From Mytilus trossulus (Eukaryota): a stretch of 64,000 nucleotides of DNA. The stretch covers positions 70,184,001 through 70,248,000 of the forward strand of contig NC_086380.1 in assembly GCF_036588685.1 (NCBI RefSeq). The letters are read 5' to 3'. The position numbers and the translations under genes are program-made. Within the stretch, counting starts at the first letter, position 1; every line of letters begins with the position of its first letter. The notes below the pieces were generated by a model, which worked only from the letters and a program-made list of their open reading frames with translations, had not been told where the DNA came from and ran no database searches. Below are positions 1 through 12,400 of this stretch, in pieces.

Positions 1-2583
1 ACCACCACATGTAATTTTTTAAATCTTAGACAAATGTTTGCTAGATATAAAAAGAAAACAAGTACATGTACTATATGTTCCACTCGGTTTTCTGTCTAAT
101 TAGGGTGTAGGCAATTGTTCTTCTGATGAACGGCCCGGCCCTTCCAACGTTTTCTTTTCATAAGGGAGCTATCAATTGTTTTTAATGTGGGAAAAGGGGG
201 AGGGGGGCTCGGATTGAAAATTTTGTTCTGCATTTTGTTAAGTTGCAATCTCTGTCCTACTTTTACTCTTTTCGGTCCTGCCTTTTTTCTTCATAGTTTA
301 TTCTGACTCTCTTTTCTACACCACTGGTATTAACCAGGCTATTCGCTACTGTTTGTATGTAATCCTGAGCCGTCTAGCCGTTATCGTGGTTCAGAAATGC
401 ATATAACGTTTTTTTACTCACAAACCACATTCGGTACTTTTCAGCATATCCTTAAGGCAAAGTGCCGAGCTATAACATTTTTCTGGGATCCGGTCCCGTC
501 TGGCCACCACAGATGTTCAAAGTTGCCTATTGACGTATTTTCAATACCCATAACACATCTAATTTTATATATTACAAAGTCTATAATAAAGCCGAATTTT
601 GGACATTGTAAGACCAGGGGGTGTCACCGTCATCTGAGCAGTCTCCGTTCTTTCACTATATTTTTTTTTTTTTCCATAGAATTTCTATTTATATTTCTCA
701 ATGTTTTTAGAGTGGTCGGTTTTAGTTTAAGTTTAATACTAGTATAATATTAAAGTAAATCTTTGATGAATCTTTGATGTCATTTTATTGATAAAATCTG
801 TATTACATAAAGACAAATATGCAACTTATAATAACGAAGGGTTTATATTCCAACGAGAGAGAATTTACGACAGCTTGAAAGGGTCAAAAAACGACTTCTG
901 GCGTATCATTCCACTCCTCTAAACTATGAAAATCATGCTTTCATGATTTTCAACTATATTTGAATATTGAACCGTCTGCTAGCAGCCGGTTGGATATTGT
1001 ATATCGAATAATAGTCCGGCAGCTAACTTCACATACATATTTGAAACGTAATGAAATACTTTTAAAATAATTTAATCAGTACAAGCTGTGAAATTACCGA
1101 ATTCCGCTGTTCATTATTTTACTAACTTTAAGATTTAGCGATTTTAGGAACGTTTGAGTCTCATGCAGATTTTTGGTTTTTAGACATATCATCAAAATTG
1201 ACTTCTGGAAAAAAGTGGCTGCTATCTGGATTAGCTGCTAAAAGTCGGCTGCCAGATTGAGTCTATTGGTGTGGTCCTGGCATGTCAGTAACTGCTAGTA
1301 GTCCTTTTCTGACATCGGACATATACCTAATGCAAAAGCTTATACCGCATAGTCAGCTATAAAAGGCCCCTATATGACAATGTAAAACAATATTCTATTA
1401 CTGAAAGAGGAAATTGAGAATGGAAATGGAGAATGTGTCAAAGCGACAATAGCCCGACCTTAGAGAAAACAGCCGAATGCCACCAATGGGTCTTCAATGT
1501 AGCGAGAAACTCCCCATATGACAAAATTTGTATAGCGGCCATTTTGCCTTATCATGTCGGCAGCCATTACAATAGGATTATATAAGCCCTTTTAATAAAA
1601 ATGCCAATATGCAAATACCTATGTCGAATGACCAATTTGTTTGCAAATAAGTCAATTGTACATGTTTTTAAGCTTCTGTCCGTGTACAAATGGCCATTGC
1701 CTACTCTAAAAATTCTCGGCCTTTTTAGTTTAAAAATCGGAATCGTAACCATTGTGTAATTGCTATATGAGATCAAATTAAATGACAGAAAATCGTAAAA
1801 TAGCAAGATTTAAAACAGAAATACATATGCAAGAAGATATTGTTCTTGATTTGTTCGCATATAGGGAAACACGCTGTAGGTTGAATTTTAAAGTTCAATA
1901 ACTTTGAAATTACCTGCTTTCTTAAGTTTTCGGCCAAATTTTTTTATAAACATGATGATTTCAACCATCTCATTTCGTTAAAAGGCAAATTCTAAGCATT
2001 TTCCCGTAGAAATACATAGCACTTTTGTATTTATCCGCGAAAGGAAGTTTTGAAAGATATTTTATATCTTAAGCTAAGAAACGTAATTTGATAAAAAGGG
2101 AAAAAAGTCATGTGATGCAAATCATTTGAATAAAGTACCTTTGATTTTGTTTGCCATATGATCATCCGGAGCCGAGCCGTCCTTCAGCTGGTTGCTAAAC
2201 AAATATGCATACTAGTTCCGTGATACTGAACGTCAAACTTAACTCCGAATTAGAAAACAAGAAACTAAAATTAAAATCATACCAGACTAACAAAGGACAG
2301 AGGCTCCTGACTTGGGACAGGCACAAAATTTCGGCGGGGTTAAACAAGTTTCTCAACCCTCTCCCTGTACCTCTAGTCAATGTAGAAAAACAAACGCACA
2401 ACAATACGCACAGTAAAACTCAGTTTAAGAGAAGTCCGAGTCAGGTGTCAGAATATAAAACAAATTAAAGAAAATAAACAAAATGACAATAATAGATAAA
2501 TAACAACAGACTACTAGCAGTTACGGACATGCCAGCTCCATACCTCATTTAAACTGATTAAAACTGTTAGTGGTTTAGTATTA

Positions 2584-3205
2584 TAGGGAAAACGGTACTA
2601 TTACATTTTCCCAGCATTAGGTTGGCCTTGTGTGTACCCAAGATAGGTGAAGGAAGTCAACTTAAGAGCGCCGTCCTGGTGATTGGATGTAAGGGTAAAA
2701 TCTATATTTTTTATTTATCTATGATAACTGCTGCAGTGTTTATATTTACAATACAAATTTTAAAACCTATTGAAATATTTTCTAGAGAATTATTCGAAAA
2801 GGCCTTCAAAATTTTATAAATTTGGTGCAGAATGACGGTAGGAATGGATAACATAAAGTTTTTAACAAACTCCGTTGGAAATTGGTCATGATACTATTTG
2901 GCTTCAATTTTTAAAATAGAGTAATAAAGTACTAACACCACACATAACTGTTTTATCCAGGTTTTTATTATAAAAAGTGGTAAAATTAGAAAATTTAAGT
3001 ACTCAGTGGCGGATCCAGAGGGGGGGTTCCGGGGGTCCGCACCCCCCCTTTATTTTGGCCGATCAATGCATTTGAATCGGGATAATTTTGCACCCCCCCT
3101 CTGCACCCCCCCTTTGCCCTGGGCTAGCACCCCCCCTTTCGAAAATTCCTGCATCCGCCACTGGTACTGTCGCCAATGGCAAAATAAATAGTACCGTTTT
3201 CCCTA
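2584..3205. mobile_element. Non-autonomous TIR DNA element (MITE) hosting a nested MITE
   Basis: Perfect inverted repeat TATAGGGAAAACGGTACTATT (2582-2602) / AATAGTACCGTTTTCCCTATA (3187-3207); outer TA is the likely TSD; no transposase ORF. Confidence 0.8.
3004..3163. mobile_element. 160-bp GC-rich MITE with 5-bp TSD
   Basis: TIR CAGTGGCGGATCCAG / CTGCATCCGCCACTG, flanked by direct repeat GTACT at 2999-3003 and 3164-3168. Confidence 0.85.
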
Positions 3206-3421
3206 TACCATCATACAATATATGAGAAGAACAAAACCCGTGTCATGCCAACAACTGATTTTAGAAAAAAATGTGTTTAATTGCAACGCAAAGACCATAT
3301 AAAAAATCAATATTACACCATTACACCATATAAACATTCCATATACCAATTACACAAAATATTTTTTTTTGTAAAATGATACCATAGAATCACTGATAAT
3401 GCTGTACAAGAAAATAAAATC

Positions 3422-3456
3422 TATAAATAGTGTTCGTCTACGTCACGAGTTAGTCA
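3422..3456 (+). promoter_or_regulatory. Putative core promoter (TATA box + initiator) of the + strand five-exon gene
   Basis: TATAAATA at 3422-3429, Inr-like TTAGTC ~28 nt downstream, ATG at 3484 in AAAATG context. Confidence 0.55.
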
Positions 3457-3483
3457 CTGCAAATGTAGCAAAATAGCAACAAA

Positions 3484-6400
3484 ATGACGACAAACTTTTA
3501 TTCTGCACAAGAAGATTTCACTCGTCTTATATCTGCATTACCACCGTTTGATTTGTCAAAGTTTGTTATATGGTTAGATCTGAAGATATCGGAGTACAAA
3601 ATATTTGGACGTTTTGTTAGCGGTAAGTGCATGATAATGTTAAACTTTATCTTCAGTACACGTGTGTTAAGATACATTTAAAACATAAATAACTGATACG
3701 TCCGAGTTGCATTTTCTAACAAAATGCCTATTATATTTATAATATTTTTCAAACACATGGTATACAGCTTCTGTTAAATTAAAGTATTTTAAAATTGTTA
3801 ATTGATACGATGAAAGATATAAATAGTCATAATATAAAATATACGTCATGGCTAGTCCAAATGATTATGACGTCTTGAAAGGCTATTATATTTTTTTTCT
3901 TTGACGCCTTACTTCGACGTTGATGTAAGGCGTCAAAGAAAAAAAAATATGATAGCCTTTCAAGATGTCATAATTATTTGGACTACGTCATGGCATGCTT
4001 TGGCAGACCAATGGAGACCACATTTCTGTTTACCAGCCACCCTTTCGGTTTGCCTTTGAATATCTGTTGATACGTGAACCCCACATTTCTTTCGCTCGAG
4101 GACAATCTGGTTGAAAATTTTGTTTTAAAAGTCTATTCATATAATTCATTTTCTTTTGTGACAGACAGTATGATTGACATTGAAAATGAATAAAAGTAAT
4201 ACAAATGAAGCAGGAACGTAACATTATACAGGTAAACCAGTGATCTCATGCTGAGTTCACACGTAGTTCAAATTCGATTCGCATTAACTAATTCGAATTA
4301 GTTTAATTCGCATTCGAAACGTTTTACGTTCTAAGGTCAATTCTAATTCGAATTGCAATGCGCGTCAAATTTGCTTTACTGTCCTAACGAGGTTAGCTTT
4401 TTTTTTAAATTCGTGTTAACAAAAACGTATTTCTAATGTTAATTGACTAATTCGAATTAGCTAATTCGAATCAATTCGAATTAAAAAAGAATAGTGTGTG
4501 AACGCGATAAATGTCCGTGTGAACGAGGCATAAGATCGAACTAAGATCATCAACGTTCAATAAAAAGCGTCCATATTATTTTTCAGGCTCGATCTATATA
4601 TTCTTCGAATATACCGTGCATGCATGTATTTATGAAGACTTTGATCTATGTAATATTATATTCATATGGAATAAGAGAAAATAAAAATCAAATAATTAAC
4701 AGAAAGTTCAAAACGATAAAATGCATATATATGCAAAAAAAAAAAAAATAACTAGAATCCAAAAATTACAACAACAACAAAACTACAGAAAAAGTTCAAT
4801 AATAGCTATGTAGTCTATCACGGACGGTGGAATAGCGAATTATTTTTAAAAAGATAAAAAACAAAATATATGTAAGTAAGATTTTTACCGATAAGGCAAA
4901 AGATTTGGGCATACTGTAAAACATGGTATGGTACGATGGTATGGTATGTGGTATGGTATGATGGTATGGTACGAATACCATCATACCATGGTATGCATGA
5001 ATGGTACCATGGTATGGTATGATGGTATGGTACAAATTACTATACCATGGTACGAATTACTATACCATGGTACGAAGTACTATACCATGGTACAAATTAT
5101 TATATCATGGTATAACTTGATCATGTTGATGGTAATGAAGCATGGTATGGTTTTTTAAAGTAGGAAATTTAGCAAAATCTAAAATATGATAATTTTTTTT
5201 ATTTGTTGACATTATGTACATATAATCAGGTAACTATTAAGTTAAGGTCAGATAGATAGATATAATATCCTGTTGTGACAAGTTGAAATGGCTGTCAATT
5301 ATTCTTTGAATTTTTTAGAAGTACTGCATATCTTATGATTATAATCTAGATAATGTAGTTAAAGTTTGATGGCATAACCTTCTGTCAATGGTCAACTTTT
5401 ATATTATTTTGAAATATGACTCTTTAAACAGTTACTTATTCTGTCTACATCTATGGCCAAGAAATCCAACTAAAAATGTGAATAAAAGATGAATCAATCT
5501 CCTGTGTGGAAATTTTAATTAACAACTTTATTTCATATTTTTTTTAATCAATTGCAAAATTTGAATATTTTGTATACTAAATGTAATAATAATAATATAA
5601 TCATATCCAGTTATGTCTTGAAAGTCAGGATAAACAAAAACAAAGAAAATTGTGTTATTATAAAACACCCATGCAACAATGCATCCCATAGGATCCAACA
5701 CTATTAAGCTTGAGATGGACATTTTAAGATGCATTATTTTAATATAATCAAATATGGAAATGATTTATGTGTTATTATATTGATATATTGATATTTCAAT
5801 TCTCTATCAACAGTTCTAGTTATTATTTTTATTAATTTGTTATGGTCACTTGTGTTTCTAATTTGCTGTATTGCTTCACCTTTATTAATACTCGAAATGC
5901 ATGCTGTGAGTGACAGCTATCTCTGTGCAGATATAGATAAGAATAGGTTTCTTTAAAACATTTTAAAACATGAAAATGTATTTCAAGGTCAATAATGCCA
6001 TGTATTGTAAATCTTTGACCTTTAATTACATCAACATCGAAGAACAACATTTTTTCGTTTGAGATTTCTTAGTTGAGACTTTACAGGGTTACAATCATTT
6101 GCTAGACGAAAAATAGCTATAATTTCATCAGACGTTCCATCGAATATTATGAATACAGATTGTCCCTATATCTGCCATGATAGAATATTTTTTATTCAAT
6201 TAGTTTATGCATAGATGTAATAACATCTATGGTTTATGGAAATCAGGGTTTTAATTTTATTTTTTTATTTTTTTCATAGTTTTCATTTAGTACTACCGGA
6301 TATTTTTGTTGTTATATGGACGCCCCCCCCCCCCCCTATGTTTTAAATGGTTTTGTCCTCAAAACAAAACCCCTAGAATGATTTTCTTGACATTTTCAAA

Positions 6401-9400
6401 AGTGACACGATTTGCTGGCAATGCCATGGTGGTCGAGTAACATAAAAATTTCATGTCAGGCCTGCTACATTGAAATAACGGACAATTAATGACCAATAAT
6501 CCAATGCTGTCAATTCATGTTGTTCAAAATAATATCCAAGTAAATTGACTAATGTATGATTTATTAAAAACTCCATTTCAGGAATATTAACATAATATAC
6601 AGTTTACAAAACGTACATTCAAAGATTCATCCGTACATCACTTCCACAAATCACAAATGGATTTCTTTACATTCCACATCAAAATAAGCAACAGTGTCCA
6701 ATACTGTGCACACACAAAAACCACGCATAGATCAATAATATGTGTGGACAAAACCATGTAACAGTCTGAGCGGACAAAAATATCAAAACTAAATACAGTT
6801 CAATAGTAATGTAACACAACTTCCATGAATCTACAAGTTCTCCCAAGATATGCTAAAATCTGTCCAGAATAACAAAATCGTATGGGTCTTTTCTCGCCTT
6901 CAATTCTCCTTTACACTTAAACAGAGGGCTCTTATATGCCTTTATCTTCAAATATTCCCCAACTCTTTGTTTACAAAAATAAAACATATAAATCATATAT
7001 AAGTGAAATAGAGAACATGCTATGTTAATCTTATAGCAGGATAGCCATTTGACTTAATGACTTTAACAGACGATAACCAAAATGTTAAATATGACAAAAT
7101 TAATTACAGTTGACAAAATAACACTATTACAGCAATAAAAAAGTCCTTTAATTGAACAAAAGTTTTAGTCACGGCAGATTATATTCTTACTTACTACAAC
7201 TAATCACCAACCACACTGTTTTTCTTCAACATCCTAACTTAAAAGAACTAACTCCGCTTTTGAATGTGTATGGGCAATTCTTTTCTAAATTAATTGTGTT
7301 GATTCTAAATGTCTTGAAAAAATTGAACCAATGAATATTTTGTTTACATTGTTTTTTTCAACAAATACTCTTGTTCCTGTTTCTTATTGAATAAAGAAAG
7401 AGTTTGTTTTGCATAGGTCAAAAAAGAAAGATAAGAAAACAGATAATTAATAAAAATCCTGTTTAAGAATAGGTTTATAGACTTTTCTAATTTCCCACTT
7501 CGAAAAACCATACCATGCTTCATACCATCAAGTTATACCATGGTATAAAAATTTGTACCATGGTATAGTAATTTGTACCATACCATCATACCATACCATG
7601 GTACCATTCATGCATACCATGGTATGATGGTATTCGTACCATACCACCATACCATACCACATACCATACCATCGTACCATACCATGTTTTACAGTATGCC
7701 AAAGATTTGTAGAGTGGTGAATGAAATTGTTTATGACTTGAATGACCTATAGAAACGTTTTCGTTCAATGAAAATTAGAACATATTTATCATGTTTCTTA
7801 TCAGCACATTCCCCTTACAATATATATCACTTTACCAGTGTGACATATGACCATAAATATGTCAGATAAACCGCCGTGTGGTAGCAGCTGAAGTAAACCA
7901 TGTTAACAGTATGCAAAAAATGTTGATCTGTAACTGCACTGATTTGTCAAATATAAATCATTTTGTGTGTCAGGAATAAGTCGTTAAATGAAAGCACTTC
8001 ATCTTCCAATTAATTAATTGGAAACATTTATTAACAGATTAATTGGAGGAAGAAAACAATTATAAACATACATTGTTCATAATTTTTTCCATAACACCAA
8101 ATGTCGTCTGATATTTTTCCACTCGGGATGGTACATTTTATAGTTGTGAATTTTTAAATTTATATTTCAAAATGCCTACTGTCTTTATGGCGTATACCTC
8201 TCAAAAGTAACACAAGTTACAGCCTGGGATAAAAAAAAAAGAGTATTTTGATATCGGAGCTAAAGAAATTTTAGTTCGATATTATGACAGATTATTGTTG
8301 TAGTGATAGATGTAACTCCTCTTCGAAATTATTGTTGAAAAACGACTCGTTTGTTCCGATTTTCTCGGATATACATGTGGCTAGTCCGATAACCAATCCG
8401 ATTACAGTAAAAGGAACCAACTGAAGGACGACTCCGGGTGTCGGATTTCTAGCTACATTGGTGACCCATTGGTGGACTTCGGTTGTTGTCTGTTCTATGT
8501 TCGGATTGTTGTCGCTTTGACACATTCCCCAATTCCATTCTCAATTTTACTCAGCATTTCAAGTTTAAAGAATGCTTTAGTATAAGCTCCTGTTTTTAAG
8601 TTGCCAAACTTTTCTGGGTGTTTATTCATAAAACCGATGCTTTGGTAAAGATAAAGTCGCTATACTGCTACAGGATGAAAGTAACAGTATATCGCCTGTA
8701 TCGTACCCGAGTACTAGTAGAAAGCTGAAAGCTATATATGTAACGAAACTAAAATTGAGAACAAAATTGGCGAATGTATCAAACAGACGACTACCCGACC
8801 AAAGTCCAAGGCCACCAATCATTTTTGGTCTTCAATATAGCGAAAAAATCCCGCACCCAGACGCGGGCTGCACCTGTCCCATAAACAAAATGTGTACTAG
8901 TTCTGTGAAAATGGTCGTCACAATTAACTTCGAAACATATATATGAACTTATTGAATTAAAAAAAAACAAAAAAAAAACAATAATGACAAAGACGAGGGC
9001 CTCCCGAATTCGGACAGTAACTGCTATACACAAATACAGCGGGGTTACATATGATACAAAATCTAAAGATCTTGCTGTCACGAGTTTTCGGAGTGTTCCA
9101 TGACGTCCTTAGCATTTTTACAATTTCCTAAAATACTTGTAGACTTATTTTTATGCCCCACCTACGATAGTAGAAGGGCATTATGTTTTCTGGACTGTGG
9201 CTCCGTTCGTTCGCCCGTCTGTGCGTCCGTTCGTCCGTTCAGGCTACAGTTTTTGGTCAAGGTAGTTTTTGATGAAGCTGAAGTCGAATCAACTTTAAAC
9301 TTAGTACACTTGTTGCTTATGATATGATCTTTCTAATTTTAAAGCCAAATTAGACTTTTGACTCCAATTTCATGGTCCACTGAACATAGAAAATGAAAGT

Positions 9401-12400
9401 GGAAGTTTCAGTTTACAGTTTTTGGTCAAGGTAGTTTTTGATGACGCTGAAGTCCAATCAACTTGAAACTTAGTTCATATGTTCCCTATAGTATGATCTT
9501 TCTAATTTTAATGCCAAATTAGATTATTACCCAATTTCATGGTCCATGGAACATGGAAAAGGATAGTGGAAGTGGGGCATCCGTGTACTTTGGACACATT
9601 CTTGTTATACACTGCAAAACATGTTTGCGTCGTATAATGCTATCATGCCGTTCGAAGGCACATTTAGTTTCCGGACAATAACTTTAGTTTTAGTGAATGG
9701 ATCTTTATAAATTTTTACCAGAAGGTTCAATACCCTAAAGGAAGGTTGGGATTGATTTTGGGGGTTATGTTCCGAATATTTCTTTAAAAACAATAACTTG
9801 TGTTTAATTGTACGAATCTCTCTGAAATTATACCACGAGTTTCCATACCATGAAGGGATAGTTAGTATTGACGTTGGGATGTTATGGCTCAAATTGTTTA
9901 GAAATTAGGGGCAAAACAAGGGGAAAACTAGTTTTTTCTGGTCAATGGACAATTAAGACAATTTAAAAGCAGTGTAAGGGAGGTAATTCAAAAAAAAATA
10001 ACATACAATGTTGAGTATGTTCGGATAAACCTCCCTTACACAACTTGCAAATTATGTATAAAGGAATGTCAGGTTTGAGACTAATTTTTATATTGCAAAA
10101 AAGGGGGTGGTAGTAGTTTAAAACAAAATTTCACAAATTTCACAAAATTCAAGTTTTTTAAAAGTTGGAGGAAGAAATCTTTAATTGCACAATATTGTGC
10201 AATAGATTTGTAAGATCTAGACTTTTGTTTTGTGTAAGAATCTCATATTATGTCAAACATTGTATCACAAATTCAGAGCTGTATCAAGAGCTTGAATATT
10301 GACTGTGTCCATACTTGCCCCAACCGTTCAGGGTTCGACCGCTGCGGTCGTATAAAGCTGCGCCCTGCGGAGTACCTGGTTAAATCTAGGTTTATGAATA
10401 CACATGTTGGCTCTGGTCACTTGAACTTTCAATAGAAAAATATTGTCTTTTCGAGATTACACATGTAACAATTAAATAGGTCTGTCTGTGTAGGTTTAAA
10501 AATTAAAGATGGAATTTTTATTAAATAGTTATCTTTTTATCTCCCACACAATGCGCTGTGAATGACATAGAAATACCGGGCTTATGTCTGTCCGTCCGGT
10601 CCTGTAAGCGCTCTCATCTGTACAATGTTTGTCACATTTTTAAGAAGCTTTAAATTGTAGGTTCATATAAACAATGTCTGAACGAGTTCGAGAATCAGTC
10701 CCCATCAATATTTTTTTTAAAGAGTTATGGGCCTTTAAAACATTATTTATGTGCAAACATTGCGTTGGTATCATTCTGATTTGTTTCATTCTTGCCAAAT
10801 TAAATGAAACTTATATCATATATAAAAAAGAAGATGTGGTATGATTGCCAATGAGACAATTGTCCACAAGAGACCAAAATAACACAGAAATTAACATCTA
10901 TAGGTCACAGTACGGCCTTCAACAATGAGCAAAGCCAATACCGCAGAGACAGCTATATAAGACCCCGAAATGACAATATAGAACAATTCAAACGAGAAAA
11001 CTAACGACCTTATTTACATAAAAAAAATTAACAAAAAACAAATATGTAACACATAAACAAACGAAAACAACTGAATTATAGGCTCCTGACTTGGGACAGG
11101 CACATACATATCTGCATTGTCTTCGAGTTCGAAAATCAGGATGATCTATATATTTTTTTTTTAAAGTTATGCCCCTTGGAAACATTAATGATATGGAAAA
11201 TCGTTAACGCTCTCAAACGTAACATTCGCCTTTTCAGAATCTAAAGGAATGTGGGTAATCTCATTGTTCGTACACCAAACTGAAAATAATGTTACGTCAT
11301 TGGTTGATGAAAATAAACTGTAACTTATATTATAGGTTTATTTCAGCAATATTTTGGATGAGTTGGGAAATTGTTGCCGAATTTTGTCCTTAACATAGTA
11401 TTATCTTGTCTTCAAGTTGATATTCTTACATGTTCCCAATCATATCGAAGAAACGAGAAAATTTGATAGTAGTGGGCAGTAATTGACAAAGACGTTATTG
11501 CAGAAAGCGAAATCGCGAAATGAATTTGATTTTCGATTTCACGATTTTGCGGGTTTTTCTCCATTTCCGGTTACCATATTTTTGGCATGCAAGATTGGTT
11601 TTATCTTTTTTGGAAAATGTATTAAATTAATGTGTAAATATTATGCCTTATACTTCTTACAGAACCTGAAAAGGAGAAGTCAATATCAGCGATCTGTCCT
11701 CAATACCAACAGTCTGATTTCATGAACAACAACCACTGTCGAACCAAATTAATAGCACCACAGAAGTCTCAAAACCACAAAAACATTTGTGCAAAAATTT
11801 TCCATGAAGTGGCTCAACAAACAGACGAAAATAAAACTGAAAATGTACGGAAATCACCAGAAGTCCGAAACAACGTTTGTGCCTCAAAAAGCAAGACGCG
11901 CTTTATAAATGACGAAGATGAAAACAGTACAACGCAGAAGACTCAAAAGCAAGACACAATTTGTGCAAAAATATTTCATGAAGTTTCACAACAAACAGAC
12001 GAAAATAAAGCAGAAAAATCGAGAAGATCACTAGAAGTTCCGGAAGACGTTGATATAACTGTAGATAGCCCCAGATCACTACCTTTCCAAATTATAGAAT
12101 CATATGGCAACGTGAACGAGGCAGAAATTCACGGAAGGATAGACAAGGCTTATGAAAGCAGTAACACTAGTGTTAATAATGATGCTGAGTCTTTAAGAGG
12201 GGAAGAGAAAGATGATAATCAAGGTAAAACAGGTAAATCCACTAGCGTCAGCACCTCGTAATAAAAGATTTACTACTGAGGGGATGTAAACGCACAGGCA
12301 CTTGTCCCGAACCCCTATAAACCTTATTATCGCTATTTTGTGCATTTTTCCAATCTGTTTTTGTGATAATTTTTCATATTATGCTACTCGTCTAAGATGG

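Noticed and set aside
397-2468. Short ORFs at the window start
   Set aside because: No recognisable domains or consistent splice structure; overlap interspersed repeats
4796-5158. Tyr/His/Trp/Met-rich ORFs (also 7586-7768 and 27183-27651)
   Set aside because: Translations of ATGGT/CACCATA microrepeats inside transposon ends
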